NCBI GenBank assembly: GCA_050250255.1
Contig: JBFWOZ010000015.1
Location: forward strand, 1-60,236
DNA: 60,236 nt
Origin: Bdellovibrionales bacterium
GTDB lineage: Bacteria; Bdellovibrionota; Bdellovibrionia; Bdellovibrionales; DASUEL01
Reading direction: 5' to 3'
Shown: positions 19,299-27,610 of the stretch, piece by piece
Position numbering within the stretch: position 1 is the first letter of the stretch
Layout of the letters: each line of letters opens with the position of its first letter
Translations under genes and position numbers: made by a program
The notes under the pieces: generated by a model
Told to the model about the DNA's origin: nothing
The model's input: the letters and a program-made list of their open reading frames with translations, nothing else
The model's database searches: none

Positions 19299-20462
19299 TT
19301 AAAAATAAGAACCAGACTTAATTTTTTCGACGATGATCTTCTCTGGCATGATTGGATCTTTTGGATTCACCATGAAAAACGACTGCTGTTCGCAACGTCT
19401 TTTGTTTTTGATTAACCAGTGAAGAATATCCGCTAGTTTTTTATTTTTCTTATCTTTAAAGAACGGATCGTTCTCAAGCGCATCTTTCGCTTTTTTCAAC
19501 GCCCGAACTTCTCCAGGATCATTTTCTTTTACGGCGTAGTCATGCAGATCATACTTTTTAATATCTTCTGGTAACACACCTAAAAACTTTACGTCAGGTG
19601 CAGAGAAATCTTTATTACGAATGAGACTCGCCGCAGACCCTGCTTTCAATGTACGAAAGATGTTCTGCATGGTGTACGCATCCAGATCTCCGAAAAAATA
19701 CATAGGAACCGCCAATTGGTCCTGGATTAATTTACACCAGCCGCGCACACCGTTACTAGGAACCCCTTGGGCACCTAGTAAAATACAGTTATGTCGCTTC
19801 GTGAATCCATTCGACACCAAGGTATTTGCTGTACCTTCTGATTCTACGATCAAACAGAAATCAATTTTCTTCTTCGCTTTTAACTTCAGAGCCTGAGGGC
19901 GGTTTTTGGGCTGAAAAGGACTTGTACCGAGAGTACTCAGATCAACAACGGCTTTTGTTCCGTCTACCAATGTTTCAGTCACCACCAGCTGCTGAGAATA
20001 AGTTTGGCCCCCACGATCGTTGGCAAAACAATTGAGTTCTTCGCGGTAAACTTCGAGCATTTCACCGATGAAGTCGATCGTTGAATCACTCTCGTCCTGT
20101 TCTTGAAAATCCAACGCGCGAAGTTTGGGGTTATGCTTCACTTCCCCTTTTGAGATGTAATAAAGCTCTCTCTTCGTATTGATGGCGCCAACTTCTAAAT
20201 TTCTCAAGAGAATCTCGAGCATAAAAACGGCACGTGACATTTTTTGGACCGAAGAAACGTTCAGCTCCGTTTTAACTGTTTTATCTCCAGGAGTGAGAAA
20301 GCCCACTTTGGAATTATAAATAGAGTTATCCAAGCTACACTTTGTCGCTTCAAGAATGGGGCGTTTTGCAGTTTCCAAATCCCTGAGCATTTGTTCGCAG
20401 AGCTCTTTGGAGAGTTTTGGAATATCTTTTACTTCTTTACTACTATTGACTCGAATTTTCAT
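19299..20462 (-). CDS. top6A: DNA topoisomerase VI subunit A (Spo11-like)
   Basis: TKRELYY (catalytic Tyr region), Toprim IVESEG, GxGVP, GDLD acidic motif; follows top6B. Confidence 0.92.
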   Translation of the reverse strand: MKIRVNSSKEVKDIPKLSKELCEQMLRDLETAKRPILEATKCSLDNSIYNSKVGFLTPGDKTVKTELNVSSVQKMSRAVFMLEILLRNLEVGAINTKRELYYISKGEVKHNPKLRALDFQEQDESDSTIDFIGEMLEVYREELNCFANDRGGQTYSQQLVVTETLVDGTKAVVDLSTLGTSPFQPKNRPQALKLKAKKKIDFCLIVESEGTANTLVSNGFTKRHNCILLGAQGVPSNGVRGWCKLIQDQLAVPMYFFGDLDAYTMQNIFRTLKAGSAASLIRNKDFSAPDVKFLGVLPEDIKKYDLHDYAVKENDPGEVRALKKAKDALENDPFFKDKKNKKLADILHWLIKNKRRCEQQSFFMVNPKDPIMPEKIIVEKIKSGSYF

Positions 20463-20474
20463 AATTTCTCCCGT

Positions 20475-22142
20475 TTAGGCTTCGGCATCGGAATCATCTT
20501 CATCCTTGAGATACGCCTCTTTTTTCTTCAACTTTTTCAAATTCTCATGAGCTTCTTCCAGCTTATCTTCGGCAGCTGCTGCATCTCGACCTAAAAGTTT
20601 TCTCAAGCCATCTTCAGCTTTTTTCTTTCTTGCTTCACTGGACTTTGTAATGCGAACAAGCCCCTCAACTAATACTGGTCCAAATTGCTCAATGTGCTGC
20701 AACTTTCTTTCAAGGTCCGCTTCACGATCCTCTTTACGAATATGGCGCGAGAGCTTCTGACCAGCCTGCATAAGCGCACGACGAATCTCTTCCACAAGCT
20801 CATCACTAGCATCAATTGTTTCTTTTGAGGCATTTTTAAATTTGATGAAAGGAGAAGTCACACTCACCGCAAAAACGTAAGGGCCGAGAGGCACACTTTC
20901 TTTTGGTTGATTGAGTCCGTAGGCTTTCCAGTTAACAGACTCAATCGCTTGAGTGATCGCACAAGCCGATTTATCAAACTGTAATGGTACGCGGTTCGCA
21001 AACCTCAAGACCTGAACGGGCTGATCTTCTTCCCCACGATTTTTAAAACGCGCAAGAGCAATCTCTGCTACCACAGGTTTAAAGTCACAGATGCGAGGTT
21101 TTCTCGCGACCACACTTAAAAAGTCCACTTCTCCAAGCCGAGCGATACTTTTTGCTAAGGCGTCTTCGCCCACAACGAGTACAGATTTTGTACTGGGAGC
21201 AATGAGTTCTGATTTAGAAATGGCCTTGAAAGCTTCTTTAAACTGACTCTCAGAAATTTTATTGGTTGGTAAGTTTAAGATCTTCTTATCTAAACCGTTT
21301 TTCACAAAATCTTGAAGAGTCGCATCCGACACACGAGAAAATCCCGTCTTCAACCAAGTCGAAAATGTGGACTTCCCAAAAAGAGTTCCGTAAGTGATGA
21401 ACTCTCCTAACTTCATTGTATGAGGATGCGGAGGAGTCGCCGCTGGAATTTCAGGCACGATCTCGCTCACGCGCTCAACGTGTACCCAATCTTGATCCGC
21501 CAATTTATAATGGAGAGTAAGATGTGGATTCACGAGAGTTGTTCCCTCGAGATAGGTCATGAGCCCACCGTCGCCGTTAAATTGCATACGGCCATCCATT
21601 TTAAAGTCCACCTTCACACCGTTGCTTTTTTTGCCCCAGTCGATCGTGTCTTTCTTTTTTACGGCGCCCTTGTTGCCTTTGATATCGACTTCTACAAGAG
21701 CTTTCACGGCCTTCTTCATTTTTTTTGTTTTACTAATAACGGTCACGCCTTGAGCCGAAGTGAGCTGGGCCCAAGTGGTCGCTGCCGAAATCCCAATCCC
21801 CTGTTGGCCACGAGAACATTGTCCACGCCCAAACTTTGAAGATGCTAAATATTCACCAAACACTTTGGAAAGATCCTCTGGTTCAATGCCGGGACCGTTG
21901 TCTTCCACCGTAATTTGGATTTGATCAGTGTTATTTTGTGAACCAGCGCCTACTTTTGAAATTTCGATTGTGAGCTCAGGAAGAATGCCTGATGTCTCGC
22001 AAGCATCTAAAGAGTTATCGACGGCTTCTTTTAATGTAGTTAACACTGCTTTGGTGGCAGAAGAAAAACCCACCTGCTGCAGATTTTTTGCAAAGTACTC
22101 CGCGGTACTACTTGATGTAATTGTATTAGCCATATGCGTCAT
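20475..22142 (-). CDS. top6B: DNA topoisomerase VI subunit B (GHKL ATPase)
   Basis: KEAVDNSLDACE, EDNGPGI, SRGQQGIGISAA, RFANRVPL, FKNASKE transducer; start may be 22133. Confidence 0.95.
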   Translation of the reverse strand: MTHMANTITSSSTAEYFAKNLQQVGFSSATKAVLTTLKEAVDNSLDACETSGILPELTIEISKVGAGSQNNTDQIQITVEDNGPGIEPEDLSKVFGEYLASSKFGRGQCSRGQQGIGISAATTWAQLTSAQGVTVISKTKKMKKAVKALVEVDIKGNKGAVKKKDTIDWGKKSNGVKVDFKMDGRMQFNGDGGLMTYLEGTTLVNPHLTLHYKLADQDWVHVERVSEIVPEIPAATPPHPHTMKLGEFITYGTLFGKSTFSTWLKTGFSRVSDATLQDFVKNGLDKKILNLPTNKISESQFKEAFKAISKSELIAPSTKSVLVVGEDALAKSIARLGEVDFLSVVARKPRICDFKPVVAEIALARFKNRGEEDQPVQVLRFANRVPLQFDKSACAITQAIESVNWKAYGLNQPKESVPLGPYVFAVSVTSPFIKFKNASKETIDASDELVEEIRRALMQAGQKLSRHIRKEDREADLERKLQHIEQFGPVLVEGLVRITKSSEARKKKAEDGLRKLLGRDAAAAEDKLEEAHENLKKLKKKEAYLKDEDDSDAEA

Positions 22143-22204
22143 CCATTCTCGGAACCAGTTGTGATGTTTTTTCAGTAAAAAGGAGTTGAGCCGTTGCGGT
22201 CAAT

Positions 22205-22498
22205 TTATTTCTTAAGCTCCTCGAGAATCATTTCAGCCGGAGTCAGTGCTTTCTTCTTAGAATTACAAGGTTTGCAGGAAGTCACAACGTTCCCTTTTGA
22301 GGACGTCCCACCCCTTGCTACCGGTGTAATATGATCCATTGTGAGCTCTTCCTTGGAAAAGGTGCCTCCACAGTAATAGCACAGGCCCGCCGCCAACTTC
22401 TGCTTCCACCATTGAGATTGGCGCAGTTCCTTCGCTTTGTTGCGCTCTTTGGCAATATGCTTAGGGTCTGACTGAAAAGGAATGTAGGGTTTGCTCAC
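22205..22498 (-). CDS. small HNH endonuclease-family protein
   Basis: CYYCG…TMDHITPVARGG…GNVVTSCKPCN; GTG start after a GGAGG SD. Confidence 0.9.
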   Translation of the reverse strand: MSKPYIPFQSDPKHIAKERNKAKELRQSQWWKQKLAAGLCYYCGGTFSKEELTMDHITPVARGGTSSKGNVVTSCKPCNSKKKALTPAEMILEELKK

Positions 22499-22551
22499 GC
22501 CTCCTTATACCACATTTTGCTATTTTTTTTTGGATTTGGTACAACGCTTTC

Positions 22552-22785
22552 ATGACTCCAGAACAAATGAAAGATCGCCTTCAAAAAACTTACGCCAATG
22601 CTCAAATTACGGTGAACGACTTAACCGGAACCCACGACCATTATGAAGTGGTGATTGAAAGTAGCGCTTTTGAAGGTCTCTCTCGCATGCAGCAACACCG
22701 GGCCGTAATGGATGTTTTCGATCCTGAGCTTAAAACCGGTGAAGTCCATGCCTTAACAATTCGAACATTAATTCCTAAAAAGTGA
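22552..22785 (+). CDS. bolA: BolA family protein
   Basis: DHYEVVIES..FEGLSRMQQHRAV, EVHALTI. Confidence 0.93.
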   Translation: MTPEQMKDRLQKTYANAQITVNDLTGTHDHYEVVIESSAFEGLSRMQQHRAVMDVFDPELKTGEVHALTIRTLIPKK

Positions 22786-22793
22786 GGTTGATC

Positions 22794-23099
22794 ATGAACG
22801 TAAAAGAAAGAATCGAACAATTACTCAATCAGAACCGTGTTGTCCTTTTTATGAAAGGATCTCCCGAACAACCTCAATGCGGCTTTTCAGCACGCGCAAC
22901 GGCGATCCTTCAAGATCTTCAGGTTCCTTTTACTTCTGTGGATGTCATTGCTGATCCCGAAATCCGCCAAGGAATTAAAGAGTATGGAAATTGGCCTACA
23001 ATTCCCCAACTTTATGTGAATAAAGAATTGATTGGTGGAAGCGACATCATGATGGAAATGTACGAAAACGGAGAGCTCGAACAAGCTCTGAAGTCTTAA
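22794..23099 (+). CDS. grxD: monothiol glutaredoxin Grx4
   Basis: LFMKG, PQCGFS, WPTIPQLY, GGSDI; start ATG 22794 after GAGG. Confidence 0.95.
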   Translation: MNVKERIEQLLNQNRVVLFMKGSPEQPQCGFSARATAILQDLQVPFTSVDVIADPEIRQGIKEYGNWPTIPQLYVNKELIGGSDIMMEMYENGELEQALKS

Positions 23100-23102
23100 G
23101 AC

Positions 23103-24503
23103 ATGCAAACCTCTTTGGAAACGCTGAAGTCTTTTTTAAGAGAAGACCAAATTTTCACGGACGCAGATTCTTTAAAGACCTATGGTCGCGATTGGACTCG
23201 TTACGTAGAACCCCAGCCTCTCGCTATCGTGTTTCCTAAAACTACAGAGGAAGTCGCCCAAATTGTTCGCTGGGCCCGTAAAACAAAAACGTCTATTGTT
23301 CCTTCTGGTGGTCGAACCGGCTTAAGCGGTGCCGCCGTCGCCGCAAAGAAAGAACTCGTTTTATCTCTCGAAAAAATGAATAAGGAATTAGAGTTTAACG
23401 AACTTGATTCTACTCTTAGAGTCGAAGCAGGTATGGTCACCGAAGATTTACAAAATCTGGCCAAAGAAAAAGAACTTTATTTTCCGGTAGATTTTGCCTC
23501 ACGTGGCTCCAGTCAAATTGGCGGAAATGTGTCTACCAATGCGGGCGGGATTAAAGTTTTGAAGTACGGGTTGATTCGTAACTGGATCGCCGCACTCAAA
23601 GTCGTTACCGGCGCTGGGGAAGTTTTAGAACTCAATAAATCTCTTGTCAAAAACGCTAGCGGCTATGATTTACGTCACTTGATGATTGGTAGCGAAGGCA
23701 CACTCGGAATCGTCACAGAAGTCACCGTTCGCCTTTGCCCACCGACGGGACCACTCAATTTATTTTTAATGGGTGTTCCTAACCTCGATGCGGTCATGAA
23801 GATATTTGAAGAGTATCGAAACCGCACTGATCTTATTGCCTTTGAGCTCTTTACCGACAAAGCCTTAAAACATGTTCTCAACCACGCGCCCTCTCTAAAA
23901 AAACCTTTTGAAACAGCTGCCCCTATTTATCTCCTCGTTGAAGTGGAAACTCCAAGCGAACAGTCGCAGGAGCAAGCTCTGGGAGTTTTTGAATCTTTGA
24001 CCGAGCAAGGTCTAGTGGTAGATGGTGTTTTAAGCCAAAACGAAAACCAGTCGAAAGACTTTTGGCGCCTCCGTGAAGACATTTCCGAAGCTCTTTCACG
24101 CTACACGCCTTACAAAAATGATATTTCCGTGAAGGTTTCAAACGTTCCGCAGTTTATGAGAGACATTGATACGATTTTCTCAAAAGAATATCCTGATTTA
24201 GAAGTCATCTGGTTTGGCCATATTGGTGATGGAAATTTGCACATCAGTATTTTAAAACCTACAGATATGCCAATGCCCGAGTTCGTAAAACGCTGCCAAA
24301 AGGTGGATCAACATCTTTATTCTTCAATACAGAAATTTGGTGGAAGCATTTCCGCCGAGCACGGCGTAGGCCTCACGAAGAAACCTTTTCTTCAGTTCAC
24401 TCGAAGTCCAGAAGAAATTCAGCTCATGAGGCAGATTAAAAGAGTTTTCGACCCGGATTATATTTTAAATCCAGGAAAAATCTTTGACGAAACACCTAAA
24501 TAA
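23103..24503 (+). CDS. FAD-linked oxidoreductase, D-2-hydroxyglutarate dehydrogenase/GlcD-like
   Basis: PSGGRTGLSG, IGGNVSTNAGG, GSEGTLG, FGHIGDGNLH, SAEHGVG, NPGKIF. Confidence 0.88.
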   Translation: MQTSLETLKSFLREDQIFTDADSLKTYGRDWTRYVEPQPLAIVFPKTTEEVAQIVRWARKTKTSIVPSGGRTGLSGAAVAAKKELVLSLEKMNKELEFNELDSTLRVEAGMVTEDLQNLAKEKELYFPVDFASRGSSQIGGNVSTNAGGIKVLKYGLIRNWIAALKVVTGAGEVLELNKSLVKNASGYDLRHLMIGSEGTLGIVTEVTVRLCPPTGPLNLFLMGVPNLDAVMKIFEEYRNRTDLIAFELFTDKALKHVLNHAPSLKKPFETAAPIYLLVEVETPSEQSQEQALGVFESLTEQGLVVDGVLSQNENQSKDFWRLREDISEALSRYTPYKNDISVKVSNVPQFMRDIDTIFSKEYPDLEVIWFGHIGDGNLHISILKPTDMPMPEFVKRCQKVDQHLYSSIQKFGGSISAEHGVGLTKKPFLQFTRSPEEIQLMRQIKRVFDPDYILNPGKIFDETPK

Positions 24504-24514
24504 AGGATGAACGA

Positions 24515-24901
24515 ATGAAAATCGCAGGCCAATACATAAAAGTTCTCATAGGCGTTTTGGTTATTTTAGCTCTTGGATACGGCTTTGTTGCTTTTTATCC
24601 CTACATTTTTGCCAAAACCGTTGTTGGGAAAGTAGAGAAAATCGAACGGATCGATCTTAATGTCGCGCTCATGCAAAACAACGCTCAAGATAGAATGAAT
24701 TCCCAGCTTTTCTCTTTCGCGGTCGCGATTCAATCTTCTGATGGAACAATCCACACAGCCTCGACAGAAGACCGTCAATGGGCCGCGGTTTCTCCAGGCG
24801 TATGCGTGACCGCCAAGTTTTTTCCCTATCCGCCCTGGAATCTTGAAAAGTCAGGAACCTTTTACGGAGCTCGTGTTTTAGAAACCCACGTGTGCCAATA
24901 A
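24515..24901 (+). CDS. hypothetical protein with N-terminal TM
   Basis: 128 aa, SD present, co-oriented; STEDRQWA and FFPYPPW motifs, no family recognised. Confidence 0.7.
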   Translation: MKIAGQYIKVLIGVLVILALGYGFVAFYPYIFAKTVVGKVEKIERIDLNVALMQNNAQDRMNSQLFSFAVAIQSSDGTIHTASTEDRQWAAVSPGVCVTAKFFPYPPWNLEKSGTFYGARVLETHVCQ

Positions 24902-24905
24902 AAAA

Positions 24906-26960
24906 TTAAAACCCACCCAAGTACCGTGAACAGCTTAATCGTGTCGTTGAACTCGGCCCAAACTTCGCCTCTAAAGCTGCCTTTTGTTGGCTCGCCCATT
25001 CTTTCAAATGTGGCTTTTGCAATGCTTCATTGAGTAAGCTCGTATAAAAATCTCGAGTGTTTATACTTCTGGTGTAATTATTAAAAAGCTGCATGTACTT
25101 CGGCTCATTTAGCAAAGCTGCTCTGAATTTTAGTACAACAGGAGAATTCACCGCATGCATCCCCTCAGCACCTATGAGGACGACAAAAGCTCGTATCTGC
25201 TTATCTAATGGTAGATGGGATACAGATTTAAAAAGTGCCTCATGCAAACCTACAACGTGAGAACGAGCAATAACGAATTTCCAAAGTTCGAGATAATTTT
25301 TCGAGGCTTGCTCCTCGTTCACAAACTTTGAACTTCCAAATTGCCTCGCGAGTTCATTGAAATGATTTTTCACTATATAATCAAAATTCACTTGAGCAAG
25401 CTGCCCCATTAGAAGTTCAAACTCAGGATGCCGAGCCAGATTCTTCAGAACAAGCGGGTGTTTTTGACGTACTGACAACAACCTTGTAAACTCAGGTTGC
25501 GATAAATCACTTTCTAAAAATGACTCAGGATTTTTATCAAAGAAATTTTCAATTTGACTAATTGGAGCAGTCCGAAAAAGTATTTTTATTTGCTGTTCCG
25601 TGAGCGATGAAATATTTTGCAAATAAAGGATATCTAACAGAAAGGAATGAGCCGATGGAGCGCTCTCTAAAATCTCTAGGATTGTAGGAGTTGCTAATTG
25701 CACCAATAATATATCCATTTTTTTTAGTGCTTCTTTTTTTGGCAATGTAAGATAATAAAGAATAAACCTCAGTTCTGTTACTGGATCCTCTAAATGATGT
25801 CGTATTTCAACACGGTGGGCGTCAACGAGACGCAACAAGCCCTTCACGCTTGTATCTGGCTTAAAGCTGCCATAACCCCAATTTTCTTGAGGTGCGTACT
25901 CTCTAAGTACAGATGGAAATCCTAGATGCAGTGATCTCAAAACCAACAATTGGTTAAGCTTCATCACTTGTTTTTCAAGATCTTGAGAGGGGGTTGGAAA
26001 ACTTAGGTGATAATGAAATGAAGAGTGAAAGCGCGTTTGATTGAGAGGATTCCAAATTGCATTATAAACCCCTGTCAATTTTGAAAAGGTTTGAACGTTT
26101 CGAACAAACTCAGCTGCATCTTTGGTGCGTGATTGTTCTGAATCTTTAAACTCCAAAATGCTACTCTCTACTCTCCAAATTAGATTTTTTAGAAAATCTA
26201 GTGGGATGGGGATGTCCGCACGCAAGGGAATCGTTTGTCTATGTAAAAGTTCGATATAAAGCTGTGCTTTCTTACGAGGTGTAAGGTACTGAGGCTCAGC
26301 GACTCGAAGCCGAGTAGCAATGTCAAGATTTTGCCATCGTCGATACAGGATTTGCCACTGTTGTGATTTTTCGACCGCAAGTAAAGATTCAGGCAACTTT
26401 TGATTCGCTGATGTTAATGGCAAGCTATCAAGTCGAATCACTTCTTTTTGAATGGGTTGACCTTGGGGATCTAATAGCCCAGTCGGTATCGAATTCACAG
26501 TCTGGCGTGTAATAATTTTTGTTTTTGCCCCAGACTGAGAAGATTCTAAGACATTCTCAAGATTTAATCCTGCCGTTAACTGCAGCTTGATTTCTTGCGG
26601 TAAAGCTTCAAAGGCTTCAGGGTTTTGAATATAATGATCGAGATATTTTTCGGTAATAAACTCAAGCATTCTTTGGGGGTCGCCGTACTGCTGTACAATC
26701 TTGGCAAAATTGATATGGCGGAAATCAAAGTATTCCATCACATTGGAAAGAGGGACTTCAGAAAGTTCAATTTCTCGTCCCAAGAGAATCTGATTTTTCC
26801 AAGGCGCAAATAATACATCCAGATCTTTCGATGTGTTTTCAAACGCCTCTGGAAATAATGTTGGCAAGGATACATCCATAGAGCTTTGACCTGCAGCATT
26901 TTGTGCCATCAAGATCCATGCAAACCCTAATAGAATGAATTTACTCAAGTACAAGCGCAT
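24906..26960 (-). CDS. secreted hypothetical protein with possible amidoligase/COOH-NH2-ligase-like motifs
   Basis: 684 aa, Sec signal peptide; ordered motifs GREIE, LEFK, FHYHLS, RVEIR; function inferred only. Confidence 0.7.
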   Translation of the reverse strand: MRLYLSKFILLGFAWILMAQNAAGQSSMDVSLPTLFPEAFENTSKDLDVLFAPWKNQILLGREIELSEVPLSNVMEYFDFRHINFAKIVQQYGDPQRMLEFITEKYLDHYIQNPEAFEALPQEIKLQLTAGLNLENVLESSQSGAKTKIITRQTVNSIPTGLLDPQGQPIQKEVIRLDSLPLTSANQKLPESLLAVEKSQQWQILYRRWQNLDIATRLRVAEPQYLTPRKKAQLYIELLHRQTIPLRADIPIPLDFLKNLIWRVESSILEFKDSEQSRTKDAAEFVRNVQTFSKLTGVYNAIWNPLNQTRFHSSFHYHLSFPTPSQDLEKQVMKLNQLLVLRSLHLGFPSVLREYAPQENWGYGSFKPDTSVKGLLRLVDAHRVEIRHHLEDPVTELRFILYYLTLPKKEALKKMDILLVQLATPTILEILESAPSAHSFLLDILYLQNISSLTEQQIKILFRTAPISQIENFFDKNPESFLESDLSQPEFTRLLSVRQKHPLVLKNLARHPEFELLMGQLAQVNFDYIVKNHFNELARQFGSSKFVNEEQASKNYLELWKFVIARSHVVGLHEALFKSVSHLPLDKQIRAFVVLIGAEGMHAVNSPVVLKFRAALLNEPKYMQLFNNYTRSINTRDFYTSLLNEALQKPHLKEWASQQKAALEAKFGPSSTTRLSCSRYLGGF

Positions 26961-26988
26961 ATTTCCTCAAAGATAAACGCTGCCCCTA

Positions 26989-27444
26989 TTATCTGATAAA
27001 AGCGAGTGTGGCCTCATAACGTACCTGAGGCGTAGCTTCTTCATCTACGGTAATAAAGTTCAGCCAGGTGCCGGTGCGGCCGTTACGGTCTCTTTCAAGA
27101 GTGCCAATAAGCTCATTTTGTCGGTAAAGAAACTCACAAGGACTCAAACTGTAAACAGAGTCCTTATTTTCTGTATTGATCTTGTAGATTTTTGTATCTG
27201 TCGATAATTCTACTGTGAGAGTACCAGGATTCGTCCCACAATCTAAAGTACCCCTCACTTCTTGCTGTGTGGCTTGAGCGTGATTCACTTTCTCTAGGAC
27301 TGATCTTTTTTCTTTCATAATGAGTTGCTGTTTTGCACCCGAAATATTTTCCACCTCAAAAACATCGAAGGTGAGCGTGGCTGCAAAAGTGGATCCTGAG
27401 AAAACTGACACTAAGGCTAATAACAAAAGTGATTTCATTTTCAT
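26989..27444 (-). CDS. secreted hypothetical protein
   Basis: 151 aa; signal peptide ending TFA; AGGAG SD; two Cys. Confidence 0.75.
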   Translation of the reverse strand: MKMKSLLLLALVSVFSGSTFAATLTFDVFEVENISGAKQQLIMKEKRSVLEKVNHAQATQQEVRGTLDCGTNPGTLTVELSTDTKIYKINTENKDSVYSLSPCEFLYRQNELIGTLERDRNGRTGTWLNFITVDEEATPQVRYEATLAFIR

Positions 27445-27473
27445 TCTCCTGGTGGGTTGTCTACTGATGAATC

Positions 27474-27489
27474 AGCAAAGGTTATGCCA
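27474..27489 (-). promoter_or_regulatory. sigma54 (-24/-12) promoter
   Basis: Minus strand TGGCATAACCTTTGCT = TGGCA-N6-TTGC with exact GG-N10-GC spacing, 30 bp upstream of ATG 27444. Confidence 0.7.
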
Positions 27490-27610
27490 CAAGAAATGAA
27501 ATATAGAAGAGATGTGCACTGACTGAGAAAGCGACTGACATGAATTGGCGCTCTCATCGTTTTCTTGTGTCTCATTGAGAGACAGTCGAAATATCCGGAA
27601 GCAAATCCTC

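Noticed and set aside
19299..22498. Defence system (Wadjet/JetD, or GHKL plus HNH restriction)
   Set aside because: Subunit B has the Top6B transducer motifs and subunit A is a full Top6A; no SMC, kleisin or methylase nearby
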